Shown piece after piece: positions 11,281 to 22,015 of a stretch of DNA of 64,000 bases. The DNA is taken from positions 32,001 to 96,000 of the IMG/VR virus record IMGVR_UViG_3300044535_002275; one strand, given 5' to 3'. Positions within the stretch are counted from its first letter, which is position 1. The number at the start of each line of letters is the position of its first letter. The stretch comes from a virus. The notes beneath the pieces are model-generated. The model made no database searches. It saw only the letters and a program-made list of their open reading frames with translations, and had not been told where the DNA came from. Made by a program: the position numbers and the translations under genes.

Positions 11281-12642
11281 ATGGCATATACAATTAATTT
11301 AACTGATGGCACCATATTTGCTACTATTGCAGATGGTACTATCAACACCAGCTCAAGTATGATTTTAGTTGGTAAAAACTACGCTGGCTACGGTGAATTC
11401 CTAGATGAAAACTTCATTCATCTTTTGGAAAATGGATCCAACTCCGTTCCTCCAGGTGCTCCGTTAACTGGACAACTTTGGTGGGACAAAGCCAATAGTC
11501 TGATGAAAGTCTACACTGGTACAACATTTAAAACTATCAGTGCAGCTACTGCCAGTGCTACAGCGCCAACCAACAACGTCACCGGTGATATTTGGTGGGA
11601 TACTACCAATCAGCAGATGAAAGTCTGGAACGGTACTAGTTTTACTCTTGTAGGTCCTGCCAGCAGTGCTGGACAAGGAACTTCAGGTGCTATCGTAGAC
11701 ACAGTGACAGACAACGTTGCAGTTGATCATGTTGTTATCAAAATGTTTGTAAACGACGTAATTGTTGCAATCATTTCAAAAGATGCTACATTCACTCCTC
11801 AAGTTGCGCTGTCGGGCTTTGCAACCATTGGGCCCGGTATGCAACTCAGTACAACTGTCAGCAATAACTTATTCCGTGGTACTGCATCTAATTCCAGTTT
11901 GTTAGACGGAGTTGCAAGAACTGCATTTTTAAGATCTGATACCAATTCTACTACCACTGGTACTCTTGGTGTACTTAACGATACCGGTTTGACTGTAGGT
12001 GCTGACCAAGATGCTAAGATTTCTGTTTCCACAGTTACTTCTGCTGTCAACATTCAGAATCAAACACAAGATGCTAACATTGCTATTCAGGTCAATGACG
12101 GCGGTTCTACCACAACAGCATTATTAGTTAACGGTGCTACTAGCCAAGTAGGCGTATTAGGCATTACTAATCTTAACGCCAGCGGCGTAGGTAACATCGG
12201 CGCAGCAGGTGCAGCATTTAACACAGTGTTTGCTACTGCTACCACAGCTCTTTATGCTGACGTGGCAGAAAGATTTGCAGCCGACGAAGAGTATATGCCT
12301 GGAACCGTGGTTGAAATTGGTGGAGAAGCAGAAATCACCAAAGCGGTCAATGAACTGAGCGAAAATGTATTCGGGGTCATAAGTACTAGAGCTGCATATC
12401 TCATGAACTCGGGTGCAGGAACAGATTCAACTCATCCTCCTATCGCAATGACAGGTCGCGTTCCAGTAAGAGTATCGGGTATAATTCGTAAAGGTGATCG
12501 ATTAGTTGCAGCTGGTAACGGTCTGGCAAGGTCTGCTCGTGCTAACGAAGCAACTGCGTTCAACGTAATTGGTCGTGCATTAGAAAATAAGACAACCGAC
12601 GACGAGGGCGTAATCGAAGCCATAGTTACAATTAATAATTAA
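11281..12642 (+). CDS. Tail fibre/baseplate protein with a C-terminal intramolecular-chaperone-like domain
   Basis: N-terminal LVGKNYAGYGE...ENF..LLEN, two G.LWWD repeats, C-terminal YADVAERF...PGTVV...GRVPVRV.G...KGD.LV. Confidence 0.7.
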   Translation: MAYTINLTDGTIFATIADGTINTSSSMILVGKNYAGYGEFLDENFIHLLENGSNSVPPGAPLTGQLWWDKANSLMKVYTGTTFKTISAATASATAPTNNVTGDIWWDTTNQQMKVWNGTSFTLVGPASSAGQGTSGAIVDTVTDNVAVDHVVIKMFVNDVIVAIISKDATFTPQVALSGFATIGPGMQLSTTVSNNLFRGTASNSSLLDGVARTAFLRSDTNSTTTGTLGVLNDTGLTVGADQDAKISVSTVTSAVNIQNQTQDANIAIQVNDGGSTTTALLVNGATSQVGVLGITNLNASGVGNIGAAGAAFNTVFATATTALYADVAERFAADEEYMPGTVVEIGGEAEITKAVNELSENVFGVISTRAAYLMNSGAGTDSTHPPIAMTGRVPVRVSGIIRKGDRLVAAGNGLARSARANEATAFNVIGRALENKTTDDEGVIEAIVTINN

Positions 12643-12653
12643 CGGAACAAAAC

Positions 12654-13637
12654 ATGACTTATTCATTAGGTGGATTAATCCAAGCAGCAGATTACAATGG
12701 ATTTGTGGCCAATACTGTTGGCGCTAACGTTAACGGTATATGGGGCGCAGGATCAACCGACAGTGGTTACGGACAATCTGCATTGTCTACTGTGTCTGCA
12801 GCAGGAACTATTACAGCGACTCAGTGGGCATCGTTGGTTAATACTATAAGTTCTATGGCTAGTCATCAAGGCACTACTATTACTGCAAGATCGGCACCAG
12901 TTGCTGGTAACACAATTACTATTTTGAGCAACCTCAACACCGATCTTACTAATCTCACTACTAATCGTGGTAACGCTGCAGCATCTGGATCACAGTTTAC
13001 TGGATGGACAGGTACTGCTAGCAAAACCACAGGAACTGGATCTGGTACTACTGCTTGGACAATTACTTTTACTCATACAATTACCTGGGCAAGTGCAGCA
13101 GCAGCAAGATATTTTTTCAACGCCGGCGGCAGAATCAAATGGGAAACAAGTAAAACTGCAGATGCAACAGAAGCTGATACTGAGTGGAACGATTTGGCCA
13201 ATACCTTAGTAGGTGATATTTTTATCACCGGAGGAACAGGATCCCAGACCATTGCCGGAACATCGTACACAGGAACCACAAAAATAGGTGGAACAGGATC
13301 TCCTAACATTCTGTTGACTACAACTGGTTGGTACGATCTTACAACGTCGGATACCAACATTTACAGACAGTTTGCTGATACAGCACCTTACACTGGACAG
13401 TATATCAACATTGCGGCCAAAACAGCTGGGTCAGGAACACAATTGGTACTTACTACAACCTGGGTTGATCCCGGTGGATCAGGCGCAGGATCAACTGACG
13501 CTATTTCTGGTGGCACTGCTACTACCGGTATCTCGTTTGGTACAGCGCCAGCTACAGTGGTAACTTATTTCCCTCCTTCGGCTACTTATCTCAGCAACAC
13601 CTGGGGTACACCTACTGTTGCCGCTACAACTGCTTAA
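12654..13637 (+). CDS. Thr/Gly/Ala-rich virion fibre-type protein
   Basis: ARYFFNAGG motif, very high Thr/Ser/Gly content, last gene of the structural operon. Confidence 0.6.
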   Translation: MTYSLGGLIQAADYNGFVANTVGANVNGIWGAGSTDSGYGQSALSTVSAAGTITATQWASLVNTISSMASHQGTTITARSAPVAGNTITILSNLNTDLTNLTTNRGNAAASGSQFTGWTGTASKTTGTGSGTTAWTITFTHTITWASAAAARYFFNAGGRIKWETSKTADATEADTEWNDLANTLVGDIFITGGTGSQTIAGTSYTGTTKIGGTGSPNILLTTTGWYDLTTSDTNIYRQFADTAPYTGQYINIAAKTAGSGTQLVLTTTWVDPGGSGAGSTDAISGGTATTGISFGTAPATVVTYFPPSATYLSNTWGTPTVAATTA

Positions 13638-13658
13638 TTAATAAATCAAGCAATTTTG

Positions 13659-13690
13659 GTAAAGGACTTTCGATAAGTCCTTTACTTTTA
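13659..13690 (+). terminator. Rho-independent terminator ending the structural operon
   Basis: GTAAAGGACTT-TCGAT-AAGTCCTTTAC followed by TTTT. Confidence 0.7.
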
Positions 13691-13709
13691 TCTACATTTA
13701 CTGTATAAT
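13681..13709 (+). promoter_or_regulatory. Sigma70-type promoter for the modification cluster
   Basis: TTTACT-N17-TATAAT, 6 nt before ATG 13716 (would give a nearly leaderless mRNA). Confidence 0.5.
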
Positions 13710-13715
13710 CAAAAG

Positions 13716-14024
13716 ATGGATAATAATGACCTTGTTAAACAGGCTCGTAGCCGTTTTGATCATGCAGCGGCCAAGCGAGTTCTTAAAGAAAAATACGAAG
13801 CCAAAATGTTGTTTGCTTACAACGGTGGCATGTGGAGAGCTGGTCCCGAACTGAACACAATGATTTTTACCTGCGGGCGTGTGGGAGAAATTGTTTTACC
13901 AGATTTGTACGAAACTCCAATCAAAGTTGATTCCGCTGAATTAATGAAGCTGAGCCAGGAACGCTGGAATGAACAAATGAATGCCTGGTTGATCGAACAC
14001 GAAGAATTATCTCGACTACGATGA
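13716..14024 (+). CDS. Hypothetical protein, first gene of the modification cluster
   Basis: 102-aa ORF translationally coupled to the next gene. Confidence 0.6.
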   Translation: MDNNDLVKQARSRFDHAAAKRVLKEKYEAKMLFAYNGGMWRAGPELNTMIFTCGRVGEIVLPDLYETPIKVDSAELMKLSQERWNEQMNAWLIEHEELSRLR

Positions 14025-14824
14025 TGCGCGGCGTAGTCATATTTGCTTACAACAGTGGTGACATTGATTATCAAGCAATGGCTGCTTGGAGTGCTGGCCG
14101 CATCGCTAAACATTTAGGATTACCAACTACACTAATAACTGATATTGCTCCAACCAATTCGACTGTATTCGAAGATGTTGTTGTAACTACTGCTGAGTCG
14201 GGCGGTACCAGATACTTTGCCGATATCGGCAACAACGTAACTTGGTTCAATGGCAATCGGATGGACGTGTATAATCTGAGTCCTTATGATGAAACACTAG
14301 TGTTAGATGCGGACTATGTTGTTTGTAGTGATCAGTTAAATTTATTGTTTGATTCACCGCAAGATTTTTTAGCACCGATTACAGCATATGATATCACTGG
14401 TACACGTACATTTGATGATCTTAATTTTTTTGGCAATGTGCGTATGCCCATGGCCTGGGCCACTGTTATGAAATTTCGTCGATCCCTGTTGAGTAAAAGT
14501 GTGTTTGACATGATGTCAATGATTCGAGATCACTGGCAACACTATCGAAATTTATATGGAATTGCTAGAGCTACTTATCGCAACGACCATGCATTGAGCA
14601 TAGCCCTAAACACTCTTCACGGACATCAAGGTTGCTGGCCTAGCATTCCATGGCAATTGGCCAGTCTAGTACCAGAACATCGATTAACTCAATTAGATGA
14701 TGATAAGTTTCAGATCACATACAGTACTAGCGACAACAAACAGCGTTATATTATAATTGCTGGTCAAGATTTCCACGCCATGGGTAAACAACACTTGGGA
14801 GACATCATTGCCGGTACTAGCTGA
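14021..14824 (+). CDS. GT-A glycosyltransferase (GT8-like)
   Basis: RGVVIFAY start, LSPYDETLVLDADY (DxD), RND.ALSIA, H.MGK. Confidence 0.7.
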   Translation: MMRGVVIFAYNSGDIDYQAMAAWSAGRIAKHLGLPTTLITDIAPTNSTVFEDVVVTTAESGGTRYFADIGNNVTWFNGNRMDVYNLSPYDETLVLDADYVVCSDQLNLLFDSPQDFLAPITAYDITGTRTFDDLNFFGNVRMPMAWATVMKFRRSLLSKSVFDMMSMIRDHWQHYRNLYGIARATYRNDHALSIALNTLHGHQGCWPSIPWQLASLVPEHRLTQLDDDKFQITYSTSDNKQRYIIIAGQDFHAMGKQHLGDIIAGTS

Positions 14825-15614
14825 ACGAGGATATTTGATTCCTGCTATCAATACCGAGGATGTTGATTACATTGCCTGCGCAGAACAATTGGCGCAGAGT
14901 ATTAGATCTTGGCATCCAGAAGCCCGCATTTGTTTAATGACAGCTGAAACTTATCAATCCAGACAATGCGGATTGTTTGATTGGGCAGTTACTTTGCCTT
15001 ACGGCGACCAATCTACAAATAAAAAATGGAAATTAAGCAATGATTGGCAAGCAGGGTTCTGCTCGCCATTTCGCCAGACCATTAAACTTGAAGCTGACAT
15101 GCTGATTACTAGTCCTATTGATCATTGGTGGACTATGCTAGAACATCGAGACATAGTGATCTCAACAGGTGCTAGAGATTATTATGATCAGCTAGTCACT
15201 AACAGATACTATCGTGAAACATTTGATACCAACGATTTACCTGATGTATACAATGCTGTAACTTACTGGAGGCTTAGTCAAACTGCTGTAGAATTCTGGA
15301 GATTAGTTCGTGCTATATTTAAAAATTGGGAAGAATTCAAGACTTTATTAAAGTTCCCCGACGATGATCCAACAACTGACGTGGTATACGCTATGGCAGC
15401 AAAAATTATAGGCTCAGAATTAATTACCATGCCATTTGCTAGTTATCCTCGCATTGTTCACATGAAGCGCAGATTAATTGGCACACGTACAGATAATTGG
15501 ACACAAGAGCTGACTTGGGAAATTGATCAAGGACGATTAAAAATCAACACTGTTGCTCAACACGGCGCATTTCATTATCTTGTTAAAACCTGGAGACCCA
15601 ATGAACAACAATGA
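14808..15614 (+). CDS. GT-A glycosyltransferase (GT8-like), paralog of the upstream gene
   Basis: SPFRQTIKLEADML (ExD), TDVVYAMA, VHMK, FHY. TTG 14808 follows GGGAGA; the ORF track starts at 14757. Confidence 0.65.
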   Translation: MPVLAERGYLIPAINTEDVDYIACAEQLAQSIRSWHPEARICLMTAETYQSRQCGLFDWAVTLPYGDQSTNKKWKLSNDWQAGFCSPFRQTIKLEADMLITSPIDHWWTMLEHRDIVISTGARDYYDQLVTNRYYRETFDTNDLPDVYNAVTYWRLSQTAVEFWRLVRAIFKNWEEFKTLLKFPDDDPTTDVVYAMAAKIIGSELITMPFASYPRIVHMKRRLIGTRTDNWTQELTWEIDQGRLKINTVAQHGAFHYLVKTWRPNEQQ

Positions 15615-15945
15615 AATTTTTGAGGAATTTTGGGCGAATTATTCATGGCCAGAATCTGTGCCTGTGTTTTATCGTTTGTACTATAATGAATTGGGAGAAC
15701 CAGTAGTTTATAGCATGGAAGACCGACCTGGTAAGTATATTGAAATCACCGCCGAACAATTTGCCGCCAGTGACCCGCATGTGCGTGTTCGAAACGGCAA
15801 ACTCATTCAATTGCAATTTGCAAGAACAACTAAACTGGTACCTTCTGACACAGGTACTCCTTGCGATCCCGCTAACATAGCGATAGTAGTTGACGAAAAC
15901 CAAATTTTTCAAAGATGGAAATTAACTCATTATGAAAACAGTTGA
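15601..15945 (+). CDS. Hypothetical protein
   Basis: Overlaps both neighbours; likely start MNNNE at 15601. Confidence 0.55.
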   Translation: MNNNEIFEEFWANYSWPESVPVFYRLYYNELGEPVVYSMEDRPGKYIEITAEQFAASDPHVRVRNGKLIQLQFARTTKLVPSDTGTPCDPANIAIVVDENQIFQRWKLTHYENS

Positions 15946-16858
15946 CATAGCAGACTTGGATGTAATTTATCTCAGTTATGATGAACCGCAGAAAGAAGAA
16001 TTTTGGGTAAAAATAAAAAATCAAATCCCATGGGCGCAACGTGTAGACGGGGTTAAAGGGTCCGATGCGGCACACAAAGCCGCCGCTGAAGTCAGCACAA
16101 CTGACCGCTTTGTTCTCATCGACGGCGACAACATGCCAGACTGGGAATTTTTTAATTTAACCTTGTCATACCCTACAGCAGAATACGAAAAGGCAGTGTA
16201 CCGCTGGCGTGCTCGCAACCACATCAACGGTCTCATGTACGGCAACGGTGGCATTAGTTCTTGGACTCGAGACTTTGTGCTCAACATGAAAACTCACGAG
16301 AACACCGACGGCCGTGATGAAACTGTAGTTGAATTTTGTTTTGATCCTGCATATTGGCCCATGCACGACTGCTACTCAACCACACATCCCAACGGCAGTC
16401 CCAAGCATGCTTGGCGTGCAGGGTTTAGAGAAGGTGTTAAAATGTGTCTTGACAAGGGTCGTCGCCCAACTCTGTCTGAGTTCAAAGCCCGAGTGCATCG
16501 TCGCAATCTTGATCATCTAACTGTTTGGCATAATGTAGGAGTAGATGTCCAGCAAGGGGGCTGGGCCATTGCGGGTGCTAGGATGGGTACTTATAAGACC
16601 ATGTTAAGTGATTGGGATTACAGGGAAGTGCAGTGGTTTGATGCCTTAGAAGCTTTATGGGAAGATACCAAGGGCAGAGATCCATTTGACATCATTATGG
16701 CATACCAGGATCCATTACGTACCCAATTAGATCTTCCTATGTGTATTCACGGTCCTGAAATAAGCAAATTTTTTAAGCATCATTATCGCAGCAACTGGCA
16801 CAATCAGGGTGTCATGGTCAGAGAAATTGATGTGATTCGGAGACAAGAAGGATGGTAA
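15932..16858 (+). CDS. GT-A-fold glycosyltransferase-like protein
   Basis: DVIYLSYDEP, VDGVKGSDAAH, IDGDN (DxD), NGLMYGNGG, AWRAGFREGVK; homologous to the C-terminal domain of 30454..33675. Confidence 0.65.
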   Translation: MKTVDIADLDVIYLSYDEPQKEEFWVKIKNQIPWAQRVDGVKGSDAAHKAAAEVSTTDRFVLIDGDNMPDWEFFNLTLSYPTAEYEKAVYRWRARNHINGLMYGNGGISSWTRDFVLNMKTHENTDGRDETVVEFCFDPAYWPMHDCYSTTHPNGSPKHAWRAGFREGVKMCLDKGRRPTLSEFKARVHRRNLDHLTVWHNVGVDVQQGGWAIAGARMGTYKTMLSDWDYREVQWFDALEALWEDTKGRDPFDIIMAYQDPLRTQLDLPMCIHGPEISKFFKHHYRSNWHNQGVMVREIDVIRRQEGW

Positions 16859-18255
16859 ACAACAAAGGCGACGAATCAATTGACAACAAGAGTCGATTCA
16901 TGAGCTCAGCTGAGCAAATGAAGCAAGATTTAGGTCCTGCATTATGTTTAGCCAAATGGAAACAAGTCAGTTTGCACTTGCCTACAGGACTCAATAACTC
17001 GTGTTATCATCCGCCTTTGCATGCAATTGATGCCACACTATTGGCTGACAATCCTGGTGCATTACATAACACGCCATTCAAGAAAGAACAGCGTAAAATC
17101 ATGTTACGTCAAGAAAAGCCCGCGGAGTGTAGCTACTGTTGGAACATCGAAGCACACGACCAACTAAGTGATCGTCACTATCGATCTGGCGAGCCCTGGG
17201 CAGCTGATGCATTGAATTTTGTTAAAAACTCAACCGGAGATGAAGATGTCGTTCCTAGTTATGTGGAGGTTAATTTTAACCACGCTTGTAATCTTGCTTG
17301 TAGCTATTGCAGTCCTCAATTTAGTTCCACATGGGAGCAAGAAATTAACCGCATGGGCGGATACCCTACAAGTCGTATTCACAACGATCCTAGTCACTTC
17401 ACTGGCCGTAACCGGCCTATTCCTGCTAGGGACAGCAATCCTTATGTAGAAGCATTTTGGCGATGGTGGCCAACATTGTATCCACAACTGAAACATTTTC
17501 GTATGACCGGCGGCGAGCCGCTTATGGACAAAAACACCTATCGGGTATTTGACTATGTGCTGGCCTTGCCCAATCCTGATCTGCATTTGAATGTGACCAG
17601 CAACTTTAGTGTAGACACTGGCTTGTTCGAAAAGTACATTGGTTATGTAAAACAATTGTGCAACACACAAATCGAACACTTCATGCAGTATGTCAGTCTT
17701 GATTCAGGCATAGCTCGACACGCCGAATATATCAGACACGGTATGAACCACGATCGAGTAATGTCGTATTCACATCATTTTCTAGCCGAAATTCCTTATC
17801 GCAACAGTCTCACATTTATCATCACAATGAATAATCTCGGTGTGTTGGGTTTACGGAAACTTTTGCAAGACATATTGGACATGCGACAATCCTACAGCAC
17901 AACATATCAACGTGTATGGTTTGATACACCGTTGCTGCGACAACCAGCCTGGCAAAGCCTGCAAATTTTGCCACCATCGTACGCTGATATCTTAGATCGC
18001 ACAGCTGACTGGATGGAATCAAATCTAGAAACTGCCGAAGATCCTTTTCATGGCTTCAAAGATTACGAAGTTCAACGGCTACGTAGAGACATTGCCTGGA
18101 TGCGAGAAGGGACTGAAAAGACGGACGAGAAGAAAGCTGATTTTTACAGATTTTTCAACGAACACGACCGTCGGCGCGGCACTGATTTTTTGCGATCATT
18201 TCCTGAAATGACCAATTGGTGGAAGGAGTGCGAAGCGCATGCTAGAAAATCGTAA
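16852..18255 (+). CDS. Radical SAM enzyme with N-terminal twitch (partial SPASM) domain #1
   Basis: CLAKW...SCYHPP...CSYC precedes CNLACSYC and TGGEP. Confidence 0.9.
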   Translation: MVNNKGDESIDNKSRFMSSAEQMKQDLGPALCLAKWKQVSLHLPTGLNNSCYHPPLHAIDATLLADNPGALHNTPFKKEQRKIMLRQEKPAECSYCWNIEAHDQLSDRHYRSGEPWAADALNFVKNSTGDEDVVPSYVEVNFNHACNLACSYCSPQFSSTWEQEINRMGGYPTSRIHNDPSHFTGRNRPIPARDSNPYVEAFWRWWPTLYPQLKHFRMTGGEPLMDKNTYRVFDYVLALPNPDLHLNVTSNFSVDTGLFEKYIGYVKQLCNTQIEHFMQYVSLDSGIARHAEYIRHGMNHDRVMSYSHHFLAEIPYRNSLTFIITMNNLGVLGLRKLLQDILDMRQSYSTTYQRVWFDTPLLRQPAWQSLQILPPSYADILDRTADWMESNLETAEDPFHGFKDYEVQRLRRDIAWMREGTEKTDEKKADFYRFFNEHDRRRGTDFLRSFPEMTNWWKECEAHARKS

Positions 18256-19375
18256 CCTGGTCGTTGATACTTTTAGCGAAGTATACAATTTAATGAAACC
18301 ATGGATGACGCATGATTTTTGGGATTTTGCAAATCACGAAATTATTGGCAATTCCGTTTATATCATTAGCAGAAAACAATTTTTTGAATATCCGGAAAAA
18401 ATTCGAACTCTATTAGAGCGCGACGATCTTATTGTATTTTTTGATAATGCAGCAGAAGGATCTTGGACATTGATCAGTCAGCTACAAGCATTAGGGCTTA
18501 AAGAGTTAGCACTAAACAAAAAATTATTCTTAATCGGCGGCGGAGATATTGAGTCATCGTATGTGCATGTGCAATTTGAGCATTTTTTATCTAGTATTTT
18601 ACGCTACGAAGAAAATAGTCAAGCAACCAAACATATTGATAATATTTTTAAAAAAACTGACAAACCTTACAAATTTTTATTTCTAAACGGTCGAGCAAGA
18701 CCACATCGAAAATATCTCTTCGAACGATTCAAAGAAGAAGAATTATTAGATTGTGCAATTTGGACAATGCTAGACAGTCGTCCCAGTATTAGTCGCTCTT
18801 TTAAATTAGAAAAAGATGGCATTAATTTAATGGCCACAGTTTCTCCTCTAAAATGGTTACCTGAAGAATACGAATATCAAACATATAGAGGAAATGAAAT
18901 AGTGCCGGGTCCTCCTGAGCGTACATTTATCAAACACGAATTGTTTAAAAACGAATGGGGCGAAATCTATCTAGAACCAGCTCCTTACATCGACACTTAC
19001 TTTAGTTTAGTTACAGAAACAGTGTTTGAGTATCCGTACAGTTTTAGGACAGAAAAAATAGCTAAACCATTGGCAATAGGACATCCTTTTATTGTTGCTG
19101 CCAACACAGGATTTTATCGAGACCTGCGTAATTTGGGGTTCCGAACATTCGATAATGTCATTGACGAAAGTTTTGATACTATTGAAAATCACCAAGACCG
19201 AATGAATCGAATCTTTGAAATTGTTAAAGATCTGTGCCGACAAGATTTGCAATCTTTCCTAGCAGAGTGTTTTAATATTTGTAAATACAATCAACAGCAT
19301 CTAATTGAACTAATCCCGCAACTTCAGCAGCAATTCCCAGAAAAATTTTTTAAGACGATAAACCAACATGGATGA
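18239..19375 (+). CDS. GT10 (fucosyltransferase)-like GT-B protein #1
   Basis: FSLVTET...RTEKIAKPLAIGHPFIV...LRNLGFRTF...DESFD resembles the GT10 EN...TEK donor-binding motif. Confidence 0.5.
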   Translation: MLENRNLVVDTFSEVYNLMKPWMTHDFWDFANHEIIGNSVYIISRKQFFEYPEKIRTLLERDDLIVFFDNAAEGSWTLISQLQALGLKELALNKKLFLIGGGDIESSYVHVQFEHFLSSILRYEENSQATKHIDNIFKKTDKPYKFLFLNGRARPHRKYLFERFKEEELLDCAIWTMLDSRPSISRSFKLEKDGINLMATVSPLKWLPEEYEYQTYRGNEIVPGPPERTFIKHELFKNEWGEIYLEPAPYIDTYFSLVTETVFEYPYSFRTEKIAKPLAIGHPFIVAANTGFYRDLRNLGFRTFDNVIDESFDTIENHQDRMNRIFEIVKDLCRQDLQSFLAECFNICKYNQQHLIELIPQLQQQFPEKFFKTINQHG

Positions 19376-20696
19376 TTTAACATTCCGCAAGCAAGTACTT
19401 GATCCGCTAAGTTCTAGTTTTTGTGGAGCCAAGTGGTACAATGCTACAATCTGGCTAGGATCCGGCATGACCACTAGTTGTCACCATCCGCCGGCGCATA
19501 AAGTCGGTGTGGAAGCAGTGACAGCCAATCCCCGGGCTCTGCACAACACTCCTGAGAAAAAAAGAGATCGGGCGCAGATGATTGCGGGAGAACGTCCGCC
19601 TGGCTGCGAATACTGTTGGAAGATTGAAGACATCGGACGTGACAACATCAGCGACCGTGTTTATAAAAGCAAAATATATCCCATAGCAGAATTAAAAGCT
19701 GCTGCAGCAATGCCAGTGGATCAAGATGTCAATCTTAAAACGCTGGAAATTGCGTTTGATCGCACTTGTCAGTTTGCTTGTAGTTACTGTAATCCTGCAT
19801 TCAGCAGCACCTGGGTCAATGATATCAAAAAGCACGGAGCATACATCAATTTGGTAAGCGACGGTCGCAATCACTTTACTCACACGCACGAGTCTGCACA
19901 GTTATATCGATTTGGCGAAACAAATCCTTATGTGGAAGCATTTTTTCGTTGGTGGGAAACTGACTTACATCGTACACTAGACGAGTTACGAATTACCGGC
20001 GGCGAGCCGTTGATGTCAGGATATACCTGGCGTCTAATTGATTGGTTCAAAGACAATCGCGGAGCAAGTGCAACCCGATTGGCCATCAATAGTAACCTAG
20101 GTGTTGATATTGACCTGGATAGATTTATCAACAGTGTCGACGGACTAGCAGTAGATGTGTACACCAGCAACGAGTGTTACGGCAACCATGCAGAATATAT
20201 AAGAGACGGTCTTGATTACCCTGCCTGGTGCGACAATGTAATCAAGTTGTTAGAAAGTTCTGTTCGAGCAGTGCATGTCATGTGCACCATCAATGCTTTG
20301 TGCTTGGAAACCTTACCAGAGTTTTTATCATCTCTGGTAGCATTAAAAAATATCTATGGACGTGAACGAGTTAATTTTACCTTAAATATTTTACGATTTC
20401 CTAGCTTCCAGAGTCCCCTAATTTTGCCCGACGAAATCAAAACACGTTACCGTAAAAACCTAGAAGCATGGCTAGATTACAATGCAGACAATCCTGTCAT
20501 GCAGGAACACGAACTAAATCATTTGCAGCGTTTAATTGACTACTTAGACACAGTCAAAACACCACACAGAGAAACGTTTGATATGCCTAAGCTATTGAAT
20601 GATTTCAAACAATTTTATGCACAATACGATCAGCGTAGAAACAAAGACTTTACAACGACGTTCCCTAAACTAAAAGAATGGTACAATTCACTATGA
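19368..20696 (+). CDS. Twitch-domain radical SAM enzyme #2
   Basis: CGAKW...SCHHPP...CEYC, CQFACSYC, TGGEP. Confidence 0.9.
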   Translation: MDDLTFRKQVLDPLSSSFCGAKWYNATIWLGSGMTTSCHHPPAHKVGVEAVTANPRALHNTPEKKRDRAQMIAGERPPGCEYCWKIEDIGRDNISDRVYKSKIYPIAELKAAAAMPVDQDVNLKTLEIAFDRTCQFACSYCNPAFSSTWVNDIKKHGAYINLVSDGRNHFTHTHESAQLYRFGETNPYVEAFFRWWETDLHRTLDELRITGGEPLMSGYTWRLIDWFKDNRGASATRLAINSNLGVDIDLDRFINSVDGLAVDVYTSNECYGNHAEYIRDGLDYPAWCDNVIKLLESSVRAVHVMCTINALCLETLPEFLSSLVALKNIYGRERVNFTLNILRFPSFQSPLILPDEIKTRYRKNLEAWLDYNADNPVMQEHELNHLQRLIDYLDTVKTPHRETFDMPKLLNDFKQFYAQYDQRRNKDFTTTFPKLKEWYNSL

Positions 20697-22015
20697 GCAA
20701 ACTTAGTAATTACAACTGGAAGGATCGCATACCTAATTATATAAAAATTGATTCACTAAATGAAGATCAACGACACAAATTAATCGATAGCGACACATTC
20801 TGCATGCTTCCGTGGATACATTTACATGCATGGCCGGATGGGCGTGCTTATCCTTGCTGTCTGGGCCAGGCTAAACATCCAGTAGGAAATTTCAAAGAAA
20901 AAAGCATGAGAGAGATATGGAACGACGAACCCATGAAAGAAATGCGTCGCAACATGCTAGCAGATAAGCCTTGCAAACAATGCGGAGATTGTTATGAGCA
21001 AGAAGCTGCTGGATTTTCGAGTATGAGAAATAACAGTAATAAAAGCTTTGGACACTACATTGACGAAATCGATCAGACATTACCAGACGGCAGTTTACCT
21101 GATATGAAATTGCACTATTGGGACGTGAGATTCAGCAACATTTGCAATCTTAAGTGTCGCAGTTGTGGTAGTATTTTTAGCAGCAGATGGTATGATGATG
21201 ATGTTAAACTTTGGGGCAAGCCTTTGCGTCCGCGAGTACAATTTGCAGGGCGGCACGAAGAAGATGTTTGGGAACAAATGCAAGAGCACATTCCGCACTT
21301 AGAACAAATTTATTTTGCTGGTGGCGAACCGTTGATAATGGAAGAACATAATCGCATACTTAAACTGCTGATCGAAAAAGGCAACACACGAGTAAGATTA
21401 ATCTATAACACAAATCTTACAGAATTGAAATTCAAAAAAGAAAGCGTTTTAGAACTATGGAAACATTTTCCTTCGGTATGTGTAGCTGCTAGTCTTGATG
21501 ATATGGGCGATCGAGCTGCTGTAATCAGATCTGGTACCGACTGGACACAGGTAGAACAAAACATACGTGATCTCAAAAGAGAATGTCCACATATCGATTT
21601 TATGATTAGTCCTACATTGAGTATGATGAACATATGGAATTTTGTCAACTTTCATCGATATATGATCGAAGGAGGGTTTATTGAACCCAAGGATTTTAAT
21701 CTAAATATTCTTCAAGGTCCCGATGACTACAGAATCGACGTATTGCCAATGGAGATAAAATTACAATTTAAGCAACAGTTTGAAGAACATATTGAATGGT
21801 TACGTCCTCAAGATCCTATAGAACGTGCAGTAGGCGGATTCGAAGGCGCAATAAAATTTATGATGGCTACTGACAACACACACCTGTTGCCTAAATTCTG
21901 GAAAACAGTTAATGACCTTGACTGGAGTCGCAGCGAAAGTTTGTTGTCGGTTGTACCAGAATTATCTGCTATAATTGAACATAGACCGATCGATACAAGG
22001 GTTCCGATAAAATGA
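20693..22015 (+). CDS. Twitch-domain radical SAM enzyme #3
   Basis: CMLPW...PCC...CGDC, CNLKCRSC, AGGEP; ATG 20693 overlaps the upstream TGA. Confidence 0.9.
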   Translation: MSKLSNYNWKDRIPNYIKIDSLNEDQRHKLIDSDTFCMLPWIHLHAWPDGRAYPCCLGQAKHPVGNFKEKSMREIWNDEPMKEMRRNMLADKPCKQCGDCYEQEAAGFSSMRNNSNKSFGHYIDEIDQTLPDGSLPDMKLHYWDVRFSNICNLKCRSCGSIFSSRWYDDDVKLWGKPLRPRVQFAGRHEEDVWEQMQEHIPHLEQIYFAGGEPLIMEEHNRILKLLIEKGNTRVRLIYNTNLTELKFKKESVLELWKHFPSVCVAASLDDMGDRAAVIRSGTDWTQVEQNIRDLKRECPHIDFMISPTLSMMNIWNFVNFHRYMIEGGFIEPKDFNLNILQGPDDYRIDVLPMEIKLQFKQQFEEHIEWLRPQDPIERAVGGFEGAIKFMMATDNTHLLPKFWKTVNDLDWSRSESLLSVVPELSAIIEHRPIDTRVPIK